This document shows, one piece after another, positions 9,254 through 18,226 of a stretch of 64,000 nucleotides of DNA. Source of the stretch: Candidatus Latescibacterota bacterium (GTDB taxonomy: Bacteria; Latescibacterota; UBA2968; UBA8231); assembly GCA_964291625.2 (NCBI GenBank), contig OZ220089.1:1632001-1696000 (forward strand). The letters run 5' to 3'. The notes beneath the pieces were generated by a model. The model was not told the DNA's origin, did no database searches, and worked only from the letters and a program-made list of their open reading frames with translations. Positions within the stretch are counted from its first letter, which is position 1. Every line of letters starts with the position of its first letter. Position numbers and translations under genes: made by a program.

Positions 9254-10294
9254 TCAGCGCACCACCGGGTCCGTCCGTCCCCAGGCGTTGTGGCGCACCG
9301 TGACCCGGTCCTCGCAGACGATGGCGCCGCGCTCGGTCCGGTGGTGGAACCAGTTGTGCTCCACCACGGCCCGGTCCTCGGGGGTGCCGGAGATGAGGAG
9401 GGCGCGGCGGTTGGGGACACGGAAGGTGTTGTGGTGAATGTGCATCCAGCCGCCCGCGATGTCGGTGCCGTCCTGGCGGTCGCGGCCCCCGTGCATGTCG
9501 AAGCAATGCCCGAGGCTGCGGCCCATCTCGACGTTGTTGCGCGCCTCGTACCCCGAGCCGCTGCGGCCGGTGCCGGCGATGGAGTGGCGGTTGGCGTCGA
9601 AGAGGTTGCCCTCGATCAGCGTCTCCGCCTCGTCGAGGCAGACGCCGTACCCGAGGCCCTGGTACTGGTTGTGATGTATGAAGCAGTGCTGCACACGGTG
9701 GCCGTCGCCGGCCAGGATGTACACGGCCCCCAGGCTCCAGCCGGCCAGCTCGCAGTTGTCGACGCGCAGCCGGGGTTCCCGCGTCCGGATGCCGACGGAG
9801 GTGGGGAACCTGTAGTAGTACCCGGCGCCGCGGCCCTCGTAGTAGGCGCGGGAGTGGTGCTCCAGGCACTGGCGCGGGTTCGGCCCCTGCAGGCGCAGGC
9901 CGGTGACGCGCGCGTCCGGACCGGTCACCTGAATCAGGGGGTTGGTGGCGAAGGTGTCGGAGCGGATCAGGCCGCCGGGCGCCCCCCGGATGCCGCGGTC
10001 GCCGGCCAGGGTCACCCCGCCGGGCAGCTCCAGGACCAGCTCCTCCACGTGGACCCGCTCGGTGCACTCGATGACGGCGTCGCCCGCCACGTACACCGTG
10101 TCGCCGGCCCGGGCCGAGGCCAGGGCCTCGAGCAACTCGTCGAGGTGCCGCACCGGCGAGCCGGTGGGGCGCACGACCTCCCGGTAGCCGGCGCCGCCGC
10201 CGAGGGGGTAGCCGCGGGTGCCGGAAGCGCCGCAGGCCCGGCGGCCGCGGCCGGTCCGGGTCGGTCCGTGGAGGGTGGATCGGGCGTTGAACAT
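9254..10294 (-). CDS. Right-handed parallel beta-helix protein, copy 2
   Basis: Collinear and highly similar to 1526-2569 at protein and DNA level. Confidence 0.75.
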   Translation of the reverse strand: MFNARSTLHGPTRTGRGRRACGASGTRGYPLGGGAGYREVVRPTGSPVRHLDELLEALASARAGDTVYVAGDAVIECTERVHVEELVLELPGGVTLAGDRGIRGAPGGLIRSDTFATNPLIQVTGPDARVTGLRLQGPNPRQCLEHHSRAYYEGRGAGYYYRFPTSVGIRTREPRLRVDNCELAGWSLGAVYILAGDGHRVQHCFIHHNQYQGLGYGVCLDEAETLIEGNLFDANRHSIAGTGRSGSGYEARNNVEMGRSLGHCFDMHGGRDRQDGTDIAGGWMHIHHNTFRVPNRRALLISGTPEDRAVVEHNWFHHRTERGAIVCEDRVTVRHNAWGRTDPVVR

Positions 10295-10446
10295 GGGCAC
10301 CGCCTGGCTCGGGTGGCCGGGGGAAGCCTAGGGTCTCCAGATTGCTGGGGCCAGAGGACCTCACGCCCTCGGCGCCCCCCCGCGCATGCCCGAGCCCCGG
10401 CTGTGCGGCGGTTCCGGCGCTGGCCATATTCCCGGCGGTGACGGCG

Positions 10447-10944
10447 ATGGACTTCACGATCACTCGACTTGCGGCCGAGGAGGGTTTGCGCCTGCGCACG
10501 ATCCGCCTGCGGTCACTGGCCGATGCGCCGGACGCCTTCGGCAGCACCTATGGCGAGGCCGCCGCCCGCCCGCCGGACACCTGGGCCGCCCAACTCCGGG
10601 AGATCCCCACCTTCGTAGCGGTCGTCGATGGGGAGGACGCGGGCATCGTGCGGGGCGCCCGCGACGACTCGCGGCCCGACACCGCCTGGCTGATCTCCAT
10701 GTGGGTGGCCCCGGAGGTCAGGGGACAGGGCGTGGGCGAGGCGCTGATCGACGCCGTCGTCGAGTGGGCGCGGGCCGGCGGCGCCCGGCGCCTGCTGCTG
10801 GACGTGGGGGACCACAACCGGCCCGCCATCGCCCTGTACGCCCGCATGGGCTTCGAGCCCAACGGGACGACCGGTTCCCTGCCGGCGCCGCGAGGCCACA
10901 TCCGCGAGCATCAGCGAGAGCTGATGCTCTCACCCCCGAAGTAG
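10447..10944 (+). CDS. GNAT family N-acetyltransferase
   Basis: LRSLADAPDAFGST, LISMWVAPEVRGQGVGEALI (acetyl-CoA motif A), N.PAIALY.RMGF. Confidence 0.92.
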   Translation: MDFTITRLAAEEGLRLRTIRLRSLADAPDAFGSTYGEAAARPPDTWAAQLREIPTFVAVVDGEDAGIVRGARDDSRPDTAWLISMWVAPEVRGQGVGEALIDAVVEWARAGGARRLLLDVGDHNRPAIALYARMGFEPNGTTGSLPAPRGHIREHQRELMLSPPK

Positions 10945-10953
10945 TAGTGCCCA

Positions 10954-10982
10954 TTGCTCTTGGTCTCTTGACTATCTATACT
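10954..10982 (+). promoter_or_regulatory. sigma70-type promoter of the HTH-MNT gene
   Basis: TTGCTC (10954-10959), 17 bp spacer, TATACT (10977-10982) in an AT-rich gap; predicted +1 falls at ATG 10989. Confidence 0.6.
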
Positions 10983-10988
10983 ATGCAC

Positions 10989-11567
10989 ATGGATGACACA
11001 TCGCCCCAGATCGTCCTGGACTCCAAGCGCGTGGAGCTCGAGATCCGCCGGCGCGGCATGTCGGTGAAGGGCCTGGCCGAGACCCTGGGAGTCCACCGGA
11101 ACACGATCGGGAACTACCTCTCGGGCAAGGCGGGCCTGCCCCAGGGCCTTTCCAGGATCCTGGACGCCCTCGACCTGGCGCCCTCCGAGGTCCTCTCCTG
11201 GGACCGGCCGCGCCGCCGGATCCCCGGCCTGGCGGTGTCCGACCTCGTGGGCGCCCTGCACGCGGAGACTCCCGGTGCCGCCTTCATCCTCTTCGGCTCC
11301 CGGGCCCGCGGCGATGCCAGGCGCCATTCCGACTACGACCTCGGTCTCTTCAGCGACCCCGCGCCGGAGCTTCCCCTCTACTCGCGGCTCCTGGACCAGG
11401 TGGCGGAGTGGAACGAGGAGTCCCTGCTGACGGTGCAGCTCGTCGACTTCACGCGTGCGGAACCCGCCTTTCTGGCGGAGGTGGCGGAGGACGCCGTGTT
11501 CCTCGCCGGCTCCCATTCGGCATGGTGCGACTTCCTGCGAAAGGGGGGGACCCTCCTGCATGAATGA
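10989..11567 (+). CDS. XRE-HTH fused to minimal nucleotidyltransferase (MNT antitoxin-like)
   Basis: RRRGMSVKGLAETLGVHRNTIGNYLSGK (HTH); ILFGSRARGDARRHSDYDLG (Pol-beta superfamily GS...DxD); alternative ATG at 10983. Confidence 0.85.
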   Translation: MDDTSPQIVLDSKRVELEIRRRGMSVKGLAETLGVHRNTIGNYLSGKAGLPQGLSRILDALDLAPSEVLSWDRPRRRIPGLAVSDLVGALHAETPGAAFILFGSRARGDARRHSDYDLGLFSDPAPELPLYSRLLDQVAEWNEESLLTVQLVDFTRAEPAFLAEVAEDAVFLAGSHSAWCDFLRKGGTLLHE

Positions 11568-11619
11568 CGAAAGGCTCAAGCAGTCCTTCGACCTCCTCGG
11601 GGCTGGCCCCGACGAGTGA
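11560..11619 (+). pseudogene. Stub of the probable partner (HEPN/HI0074-like) gene
   Basis: ATG overlaps the MNT 3' end; MNDERLKQSFDLLG resembles HI0074-type N-termini, then stops after 19 aa at the edge of the low-GC island. Confidence 0.45.
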
Positions 11620-11728
11620 CGGGCGGCCCCCCCACCCGCTCAAGCCCGCAACACTGCCCAAGCTCTTCCAGGCCGCCTTCGCGTACGCCAGCTCTCTGAA
11701 CGCCCGCACCGTACAACACCCCTCCACG

Positions 11729-11744
11729 GTTACAATCTGTTACA
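11729..11744 (+). promoter_or_regulatory. OmpR/PhoB-type direct-repeat box upstream of the response regulator
   Basis: GTTACA-ATCT-GTTACA (10-bp period); a further TTTACA at 11761. Confidence 0.55.
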
Positions 11745-11809
11745 CAGCAGAAAAGACCCATTTACACTGCAAGGCTTCCTTCCCCTTACCAGAAGCAAGG
11801 ACTCATGGT

Positions 11810-12499
11810 ATGGCTTCAATACTGATCATCGACGATGACAAGGAACTCACCGACCTCTTGGAGACCTACCTGGGAGAATTCGGCTACCAGACAAGCGCTG
11901 TGCACACCCCGTCCAACGGTTTCGAGCTTCTTGGAAAGAGCGACTTCGACCTGGTCATTCTTGATGTCATGTTACCGGAACTGGATGGATTCAAGGTGTG
12001 CAAGACCATCCGCGAAACAAGTACCTTGCCCATTATCATGCTCACGGCCCGCGGGGAGATCACAGATCGTGTCGTCGGACTCGAACTGGGAGCAGACGAC
12101 TACCTTCCAAAGCCATTTGAAGCGAGAGAGCTGGTCGCCAGAATACAGGCAGTCCTCAGACGAGGGCACAAGCCGGCCGGGAAAGACCTTCTCCACGTGG
12201 GCGGTCTCAGAATCAGCCTGGAGAAGTACACCGCCACACTCGATGGCGCCGCCTTGAACCTCACAACAACAGAATTCGAAATGCTGGCTCTCCTCGTCCA
12301 AAGCCAGCGAAGAGTCCTCAGTCGAGACTATATCATGCAGAACATTCGAGGAGTAGACTGGGAGGCCTTCGACCGCTCAGTCGATGTCCTCATTTCCAGA
12401 ATACGCAGCAAGCTGAAAGACGACCCGAAAAACCCTCGCTACATACGAACGATTCGCGGTGCAGGGTACATGTTCCTCGGCGCCAGCGAAGCAGTATGA
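11810..12499 (+). CDS. OmpR/PhoB family response regulator
   Basis: ILIIDDD, LDVMLPELDG, PIIMLTA, GADDYLPKPF; winged helix DRSVDVLISRIRSKL...IRTIRGAGY. Confidence 0.95.
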   Translation: MASILIIDDDKELTDLLETYLGEFGYQTSAVHTPSNGFELLGKSDFDLVILDVMLPELDGFKVCKTIRETSTLPIIMLTARGEITDRVVGLELGADDYLPKPFEARELVARIQAVLRRGHKPAGKDLLHVGGLRISLEKYTATLDGAALNLTTTEFEMLALLVQSQRRVLSRDYIMQNIRGVDWEAFDRSVDVLISRIRSKLKDDPKNPRYIRTIRGAGYMFLGASEAV

Positions 12500-13842
12500 G
12501 ACTCTTGGATATCAAGCGCTCGCTCTTTCTGAGGATCTCCCTGCTGTTCCTCCTCACCGTCACGATCATGACAACCCTCCTTCTCTGGCTTGAGGACCGT
12601 GAACTGCGAAGAAGCATTCTACCCGCCATGTCAGGCCTCATGGTGAGGCACGCCCAAGGCATTGTAGCCGACCTGGGGCCACACCCCGATCCGAATCGAC
12701 TGCAACGAACAGCAGACAGCCTGCAGGTAGACATCAGGTATGAAAGCAACGGCGTCATCTGGGAGAGCGACCCCGACATGCAGGTGAAGAAGAGAGAGGC
12801 CATGATCCCCTATGAGGAGGATGATCGAGTCAGGATCATGATCAGCGAGGAAGGCGGAGGCATATTCGTAGATCTGCAATCAGACCATGGCGACTATCAG
12901 CTCAATCTCCTCAAAGCCGACCATCTACCTCAAGATGAACTCCATGATCTCATCTCACTTGGACTCGTCATATTCTCCTTCTTCGCCATCTACCTCACAC
13001 TTCGCAACCAACTCAAACCCATAAAAGCGCTGCATGAGGGCGTAAGGGAAATTGGGGAAGGCAACCTCGATTACGAGATCAAGACCAACAGCGTCGACGA
13101 GCTTGGCCAGCTCGCACTCTCGTTTAACCATATGACCCGGCGAATCCGTGAGTCCCTCCAGGCACGCGACCAGTTGCTGCTCGACGTAAGTCACGAGCTG
13201 CGCTCACCGCTGACCCGCATGCTGGTAGCCCTCGAGTTTCTCAAGGACGATAAGACCAGGCAGACCCTCCACAGAAACATCAAGCACATGGAAGCAATGG
13301 TGACGGAAGTCCTCGAAACCGAGCGCCTGAACAGCTCCTATGGAGGACTCCAACCCGAACCGATCAACATCCTTGATCTCCTGATGGATACGTGCAAGAA
13401 TTACCAGGACCAGAAGCCTGGCGTCGTCCTCCAATGCTCACCTGAAGACCTCATAGTGAGAGTCGACCCGACAAGAGTGACAACGGTCCTCAACAATCTC
13501 CTCTCGAATGCCACCAGACACTCCCACGCGAATGATCCCATCGAAGTCACCTGTGCCCGGGAGGAAGGGAAGATCCTTGTCAAGGTGCAAGACTCCGGAT
13601 CAGGCATCCCGAAAGAGGATCTACCCCACATCTTCGAGCCCTTCTACCGCGTGGACAAATCTCGCTCCAACCAGACTGGCGGCTATGGCCTGGGGATGAG
13701 CGTGTGCAAGAAAATCATGAAGGCCCACGGAGGAGGGATCGATATCACGAGCCAACCGAACAAGGGGACATGCGTCCTGCTCACATTTCCCCAAATCCGT
13801 GACCACACCCGCTCCGTTGTCGGTGCCCGGGTTGTCGACTGA
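12496..13842 (+). CDS. HAMP-domain sensor histidine kinase
   Basis: Two TM helices, HAMP (DELGQLALSFNHM), H-box DVSHELRSPLTR, N/G1/F/G2 boxes; ATGA overlap with the regulator. Confidence 0.95.
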   Translation: MRLLDIKRSLFLRISLLFLLTVTIMTTLLLWLEDRELRRSILPAMSGLMVRHAQGIVADLGPHPDPNRLQRTADSLQVDIRYESNGVIWESDPDMQVKKREAMIPYEEDDRVRIMISEEGGGIFVDLQSDHGDYQLNLLKADHLPQDELHDLISLGLVIFSFFAIYLTLRNQLKPIKALHEGVREIGEGNLDYEIKTNSVDELGQLALSFNHMTRRIRESLQARDQLLLDVSHELRSPLTRMLVALEFLKDDKTRQTLHRNIKHMEAMVTEVLETERLNSSYGGLQPEPINILDLLMDTCKNYQDQKPGVVLQCSPEDLIVRVDPTRVTTVLNNLLSNATRHSHANDPIEVTCAREEGKILVKVQDSGSGIPKEDLPHIFEPFYRVDKSRSNQTGGYGLGMSVCKKIMKAHGGGIDITSQPNKGTCVLLTFPQIRDHTRSVVGARVVD

Positions 13843-13887
13843 CTGGCAGTAGAGACAATGAGGGCGCATCCACGTGGCCCCGAATAG

Positions 13888-15121
13888 GTACAAACCGGGT
13901 TGATTGGTAACACTCCTGACCGGGTTGATGGGTGACACTCCCCGGTATCTTGGACCGACCCCCCAGCAGGAGGTTGGTCGATGCCGTGGATGGAGACTGC
14001 ACCCGTGGAGCAGAGAGCGATTCATTGCCGATCACCGACCCGGTCACTTACGGCATCAGCCGCAAGACGGGCTACAAGTGGCTTCGACGACACGCCGAGG
14101 AGGGGCAGCCGGGCCTGCAGGATCGCAGCCATGCGCCGCACCACTGCCCCCACCGCCTGGAGCCGGAGATCGCCGGGCTGATCCTCCGGGCGCGGCGACG
14201 GCATCCCGACTGGGGGCCGCGGAAGCTGCTGGCCTGGCTGGCGCCTCGTCACCCGAGGATCTCGTCGTGGCCGGCGGTCAGCACGACGGGCGATCTGCTT
14301 GCCCGCGAAGGGTTGGTGAAGAAACGGCGGCGACGACGGCCCCGGCAGCACCCGGGGGCGGTACCGCCGACCACCGAGGCGGCAACGACCTGTGGACCGC
14401 CGACTTCAAGGGCCAGTTTCCCACCCGAAACGGCGTCTGGTGCTTCCCCTTGACGATCAGCGATCAGCACACCCGGTACCTGCTGAGCTGCCGAGCTCTG
14501 CCGGACACCAAGACCCAGGGCGCCCGACCGGTCTTCGAGCGGGCCTTCCGGGCGTTCGGGCTGCCTCGAGCCATCCGCACCGACAACGGGGTGCCCTTCC
14601 CCTCCCGAGGTCTGCAGGGGCTCGGGAGGCTCAACGTCTGGTGGCTGCGGCTCGGCATCCTGCATCAGCGGATCCGACCCGCCTCGCCGCAGGAGAACGG
14701 CCCCCGTCGGCCAACCCGACCGCCCAGCAGAGGGCCTTCTATCGCTTTCGGCGTCTCTACAACGAGGAGCGACCCCACGAGGCCCTCGGCGGCGACACCC
14801 CCGGGTCCAGGTACTGCGGGTCCCCTCGGCCGTATCCCCACCCGCTGCCGCCCATCGAGTACCCGGGCCACTTCGTCGTCAAGCACGTCACCCGGGCCGG
14901 CACCATCCGACTCCGGCACAAGCTGATCTTCCTGGCCCTGGCCTTGAGCGACCTCTACGTCGGCCTCGAGGAGGTCGGAGACGGCATCTGGGCCACCCAC
15001 TTCAACCAGGTCCTGCTCGCCACCGTCGACGAGAGGGACATGATCGTCCGGGAGTAACCCTGACCTCGAAGTGTTACCCATCATCCCGGTCTATTCTGTT
15101 ACCCATCAACCCGGTTGCTTC
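13888..15121 (+). mobile_element. IS481-family insertion sequence (degenerate)
   Basis: Imperfect terminal inverted repeats, each with two tandem ACCGGG.TGAT.GGT.ACA units; AATAG on both flanks (13883-13887, 15122-15126); GC-rich relative to its flanks. Confidence 0.85.
13981..15057 (+). pseudogene. IS481 (rve/DDE) transposase with several frameshifts and deletions
   Basis: MPWMETAPVEQ start; YGISRKTGYKWLRR; HPDWGPRKL; NDLWTADFKG; IRTDNG.PF; YNEERPHEALG, distributed over different frames. Confidence 0.88.
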
Positions 15122-15156
15122 AATAGCTTCTCATAACAACATCCCTCGATCATCTT

Positions 15157-15187
15157 CGCCTGAGGCAGGACCGAGCCTGCCTGGGCG
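15157..15187 (+). terminator. Stem-loop, possibly the original terminator of the two-component operon
   Basis: CGCCT-G-AGGCAGG / ACCGAG loop / CCTGCCT-GGGCG; no clear U-tract. Confidence 0.35.
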
Positions 15188-15218
15188 CGAATTCCCCGTG
15201 CGCGCAACGGTCACGCCG

Positions 15219-15244
15219 TTCACATCCTGTTACAATTCGTTACC
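15219..15244 (+). promoter_or_regulatory. OmpR-type direct-repeat box upstream of the radical SAM gene
   Basis: TTCACA-TCCT-GTTACA-ATTC-GTTACC (10-bp period), matching the box at 11729-11744. Confidence 0.5.
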
Positions 15245-15383
15245 CATCAGCAATCCTCAGTTAACAGCCGGACCGTAGTATTGGTTGTGCCGCTCGCGAG
15301 ATGACCACTCCACGGCGCAATACACAGTCCCTTGTGATGTTCACGGATTCGCGCAATCCGCGATACAGTGAGGATCTATCAGT

Positions 15384-16898
15384 ATGAAAGTCGGCATTAT
15401 TGATATTCTGTCTGATGAACTTTCGAGCACTTGGGGGAAAAGGTTCTATCGGTTTGTTTTTCAAAGGCAGTACATGAGTATCATGCCTCAAGCGATTGCT
15501 GTCTGGTGCCGACAACTCGGTCACAAGGTACACTACTGCACCTTCTACGGGCAGAAGGACCCACTACACCTTCTTCCCGACGACCTCGACGTGCTATTTG
15601 TGGCATCGTACACGCAGGCAAGTGCCATGGCCTACGCACTTGCCAAAGTATTTCGCAACAGGGGAACACTAACCGTAATTGGGGGCGCACACGCACGTTC
15701 CTTTCCAACCGACTGCCTGCGTTTTTTCGATCTGGTGGTGAGCGACTGCAGCAAGGAGCTGGTTGATGACATTCTGCGTGGTCACTATCATCCGCCGGCG
15801 GTGATCACCAGTGGTCGTCCGCTCATGGACTTCCCTTCGGTCGAGGAACGGATGCCGGAGATCAAGATCGCATCGTTTTACAATGGGAGGCCATCGTTCA
15901 CCAGCATCGTTCCTGTGCTCTCAAGTATCGGCTGTCCGTACACCTGCAACTTCTGTGTTGATTGGAACAGCAACTATTCTCTCCGATCAAAGGAAGATCT
16001 GTGCCGCGACCTCCACTACCTTTCACAGAACTGGCCGCAGTTGACTATCGGATATCACGATCCCAACTTCGCGGTGCGGTTCGACGAAACCATGGACGTC
16101 ATTGAGGCCGTGCCTGAAGGACAGCGAAACCCCTACGTTATGGAGAGTTCGCTATCAATCCTCAAAGAGAATCGCCTGGCGAGATTGAAGAAAACCGGGT
16201 GCCTGTATGTGGCACCCGGTATTGAGTCATGGGTCGAGTATTCCAATAAGTCGGGGGTTGGCCGCAAACAGGGGCAGGACAAGCTCGATCAGGTCGTTGA
16301 TCATCTAAAGACTCTGACCCACTATGTTCCCGGATTACAGGTCAATATGCTGTTTGGCAGCGACTCTGATGTTGGTGCTACCCCAGTGGCCCTGACCAAG
16401 GAGTTAATCAGGCGAGTCCCCGAAGCCTGGCCGACCATCAATATCCCTTGCCCGTTCGGCGGTACCCCTCTCTACGATCAGCTCTACCAAGAAGGTCGCA
16501 TACTGCGAGCTCTGCCATTTTGCTTCTACTACAAATCCATATCTGACCATCACGCTCAAGCATTACGATCCACTGAGTTATTACAGCCATCTTATAGAAT
16601 TCATAAGATGGTGATAGCAAAAGATATGCTATGGCAGCGGCTTTGTACGCCAATACGCCCCGTGATACGCCTCATACACGTCCTGCGGCATCTGGGACAC
16701 AAGACCATGTATGCGAGACTCCACCGCATCCATGGGATGCTTGCCTCAGATGCTAGATTCAGAGCCTTCCACGAAGGTCACTCGGATGGACTACCCGAAT
16801 TTTATCACCACTTGCTTGAACGCCGACTTGGGCGGTATGCCGAACTCCTATCCCATGAGGATCGTCACCCTGTTCTCCAGGAGCCGGTTTTGCACTGA
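15384..16898 (+). CDS. Cobalamin-binding radical SAM protein
   Basis: N-terminal B12-binding-like domain (LDVLFVASYT...TVIGGAHA); GCPYTCNFC (CxxxCxxC); HDPNF; APGIES; PFGGTPLYD. Confidence 0.88.
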   Translation: MKVGIIDILSDELSSTWGKRFYRFVFQRQYMSIMPQAIAVWCRQLGHKVHYCTFYGQKDPLHLLPDDLDVLFVASYTQASAMAYALAKVFRNRGTLTVIGGAHARSFPTDCLRFFDLVVSDCSKELVDDILRGHYHPPAVITSGRPLMDFPSVEERMPEIKIASFYNGRPSFTSIVPVLSSIGCPYTCNFCVDWNSNYSLRSKEDLCRDLHYLSQNWPQLTIGYHDPNFAVRFDETMDVIEAVPEGQRNPYVMESSLSILKENRLARLKKTGCLYVAPGIESWVEYSNKSGVGRKQGQDKLDQVVDHLKTLTHYVPGLQVNMLFGSDSDVGATPVALTKELIRRVPEAWPTINIPCPFGGTPLYDQLYQEGRILRALPFCFYYKSISDHHAQALRSTELLQPSYRIHKMVIAKDMLWQRLCTPIRPVIRLIHVLRHLGHKTMYARLHRIHGMLASDARFRAFHEGHSDGLPEFYHHLLERRLGRYAELLSHEDRHPVLQEPVLH

Positions 16899-16946
16899 GG
16901 TTTACAGGGGAAGACCAATTAATGCCCTTATGGACTGAAGGAAGTA

Positions 16947-17792
16947 ATGCTTGATCGAGTTGCGGCTACTATATCTGTTCTCTTCAGTCCATTCCTTATT
17001 GCGATGGCGTCAATTCTGCTGATCCTCCGCGTATATGGTGGAACTATGCAGGACAGGTTGTTATGGATAGTGGTTGCCATGCTGTTTGGCAGTGTACTTC
17101 CGATGCTTTTTATTCTGTTACTCTTCCGTTTAGGACAACTGAACGATGTCCGCCTGACTGTCCGAGAACAGCGCGCCAAACCCCTGATATTTTCCCTTGT
17201 GAGTTCCCTTGTTGGCACCGGCATTTTAGACCTCCTCAATGCACCAATGGAGATTATCTGGTTTGGCATTTCCTGTGTAATCAACGTGGTTTTTCTTACC
17301 CTAATCACGCAGGTGTGGAAAATCAGCTTTCACACCGGGGTTGCCGCAGGTTGTATGACAGGGCTCGCATCACTAATCAGTAGCCAGTTGTTCTGTCTGT
17401 TCCTCCTGTTGCCGTTCATTTCATGGGCAAGGGTTTACCGCAATAGGCACACCTTCCTTCAAACTATTGTCGCCGCACCGATCGCATTTGCAAGTACCGC
17501 AATAGTACTTCAGTTGAGCAATGAGGCCACACCTGTGGTCAGCGGAGCAGAGGTGGTCGTACACGACGATGAGGGCGCCGCCTACCTCTTCGCCGAGTCC
17601 TCGCGCAAACCCGGCATCTACGAAGACACGGACATGCGGCCGGAGGTCGGCAGGACCTACACCCTTGAGATCGACCTTGAGGGCGAATCCTATCGAGCCG
17701 GCGAAACACTACTTCCCGTGGCGCCCATCGACTCGATCTACCAGCAATTCGAGAAGCCCGATTCGTTCGCGGACGGAGGCATTCGAGAGTAG
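16947..17792 (+). CDS. PAP2-like multi-pass membrane protein, fused in frame at ~17520 to a DUF4249 fragment
   Basis: About 6 TM helices; WKISFH and WARVYRNRHTFLQ motifs; abrupt GC and codon shift after ...IVLQLS. Confidence 0.6.
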   Translation: MLDRVAATISVLFSPFLIAMASILLILRVYGGTMQDRLLWIVVAMLFGSVLPMLFILLLFRLGQLNDVRLTVREQRAKPLIFSLVSSLVGTGILDLLNAPMEIIWFGISCVINVVFLTLITQVWKISFHTGVAAGCMTGLASLISSQLFCLFLLLPFISWARVYRNRHTFLQTIVAAPIAFASTAIVLQLSNEATPVVSGAEVVVHDDEGAAYLFAESSRKPGIYEDTDMRPEVGRTYTLEIDLEGESYRAGETLLPVAPIDSIYQQFEKPDSFADGGIRE

Positions 17793-18200
17793 AGATCGAC
17801 TATAAAGGCGCCCCGGGTCGCGAAGACTACTACTGGTGGGAGCAACTCGCGGACGGCGTACTGCAGGCAGAACCCGATCCTGGCAATGCGCTCAACTTCG
17901 TCGGAGCGGATGAGTTTTTGACGGAGAGATGTTCATCGGTTTCTAACCCTACCAGGAAGCCACGGTAGAGTCGGATCAGGTGGTCCTCGTGAGACAGCTC
18001 TCCTTATCGAAAGAGGCCTTCCAATACTACTTCCTGCTCTTCGAGGAAACAGGGCAAATCCCCTCTTCCCCACGCCTGCGTCGTTGATCAGGGGCAACGT
18101 GGAGAGTCTGACCAACCCCCAGCGATTTGCATTGGGATACTTCGGAGCCAGCGAAGTGGATGCTGCCGAACTGCAAATCGTGGAGGAGCGAGGACCCTGA
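17518..18200 (+). pseudogene. 5'-truncated, frameshifted DUF4249-family lipoprotein remnant
   Basis: VSGAEVVVHDD...PGIY...GRTYTLEID...Y.A...PVAPIDSI; after frameshifts EDYYWW, VRQLSLSKEAFQYY and LIRGNVESLTNP...LGYFGASEV, stop at 18198-18200. Confidence 0.7.
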
Positions 18201-18226
18201 GCAGGACGGATTGCCATCTCCCGCCG

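Noticed and set aside
1526-10294. Paralog pairs (beta-helix, YWTD, DUF6785-like) as DGR template/variable repeats
   Set aside because: No reverse transcriptase in the window, both copies are coding, and substitutions are not adenine-specific
11564-11809. 82-aa N-terminal extension of the response regulator
   Set aside because: The receiver domain starts at ATG 11810 behind an AGGA RBS-like sequence; the upstream DNA holds the island junction and the regulator box
13981-15057. Programmed frameshifting in the transposase
   Set aside because: IS481 transposases are single ORFs; there are several shifts plus missing segments and no slippery site, consistent with decay
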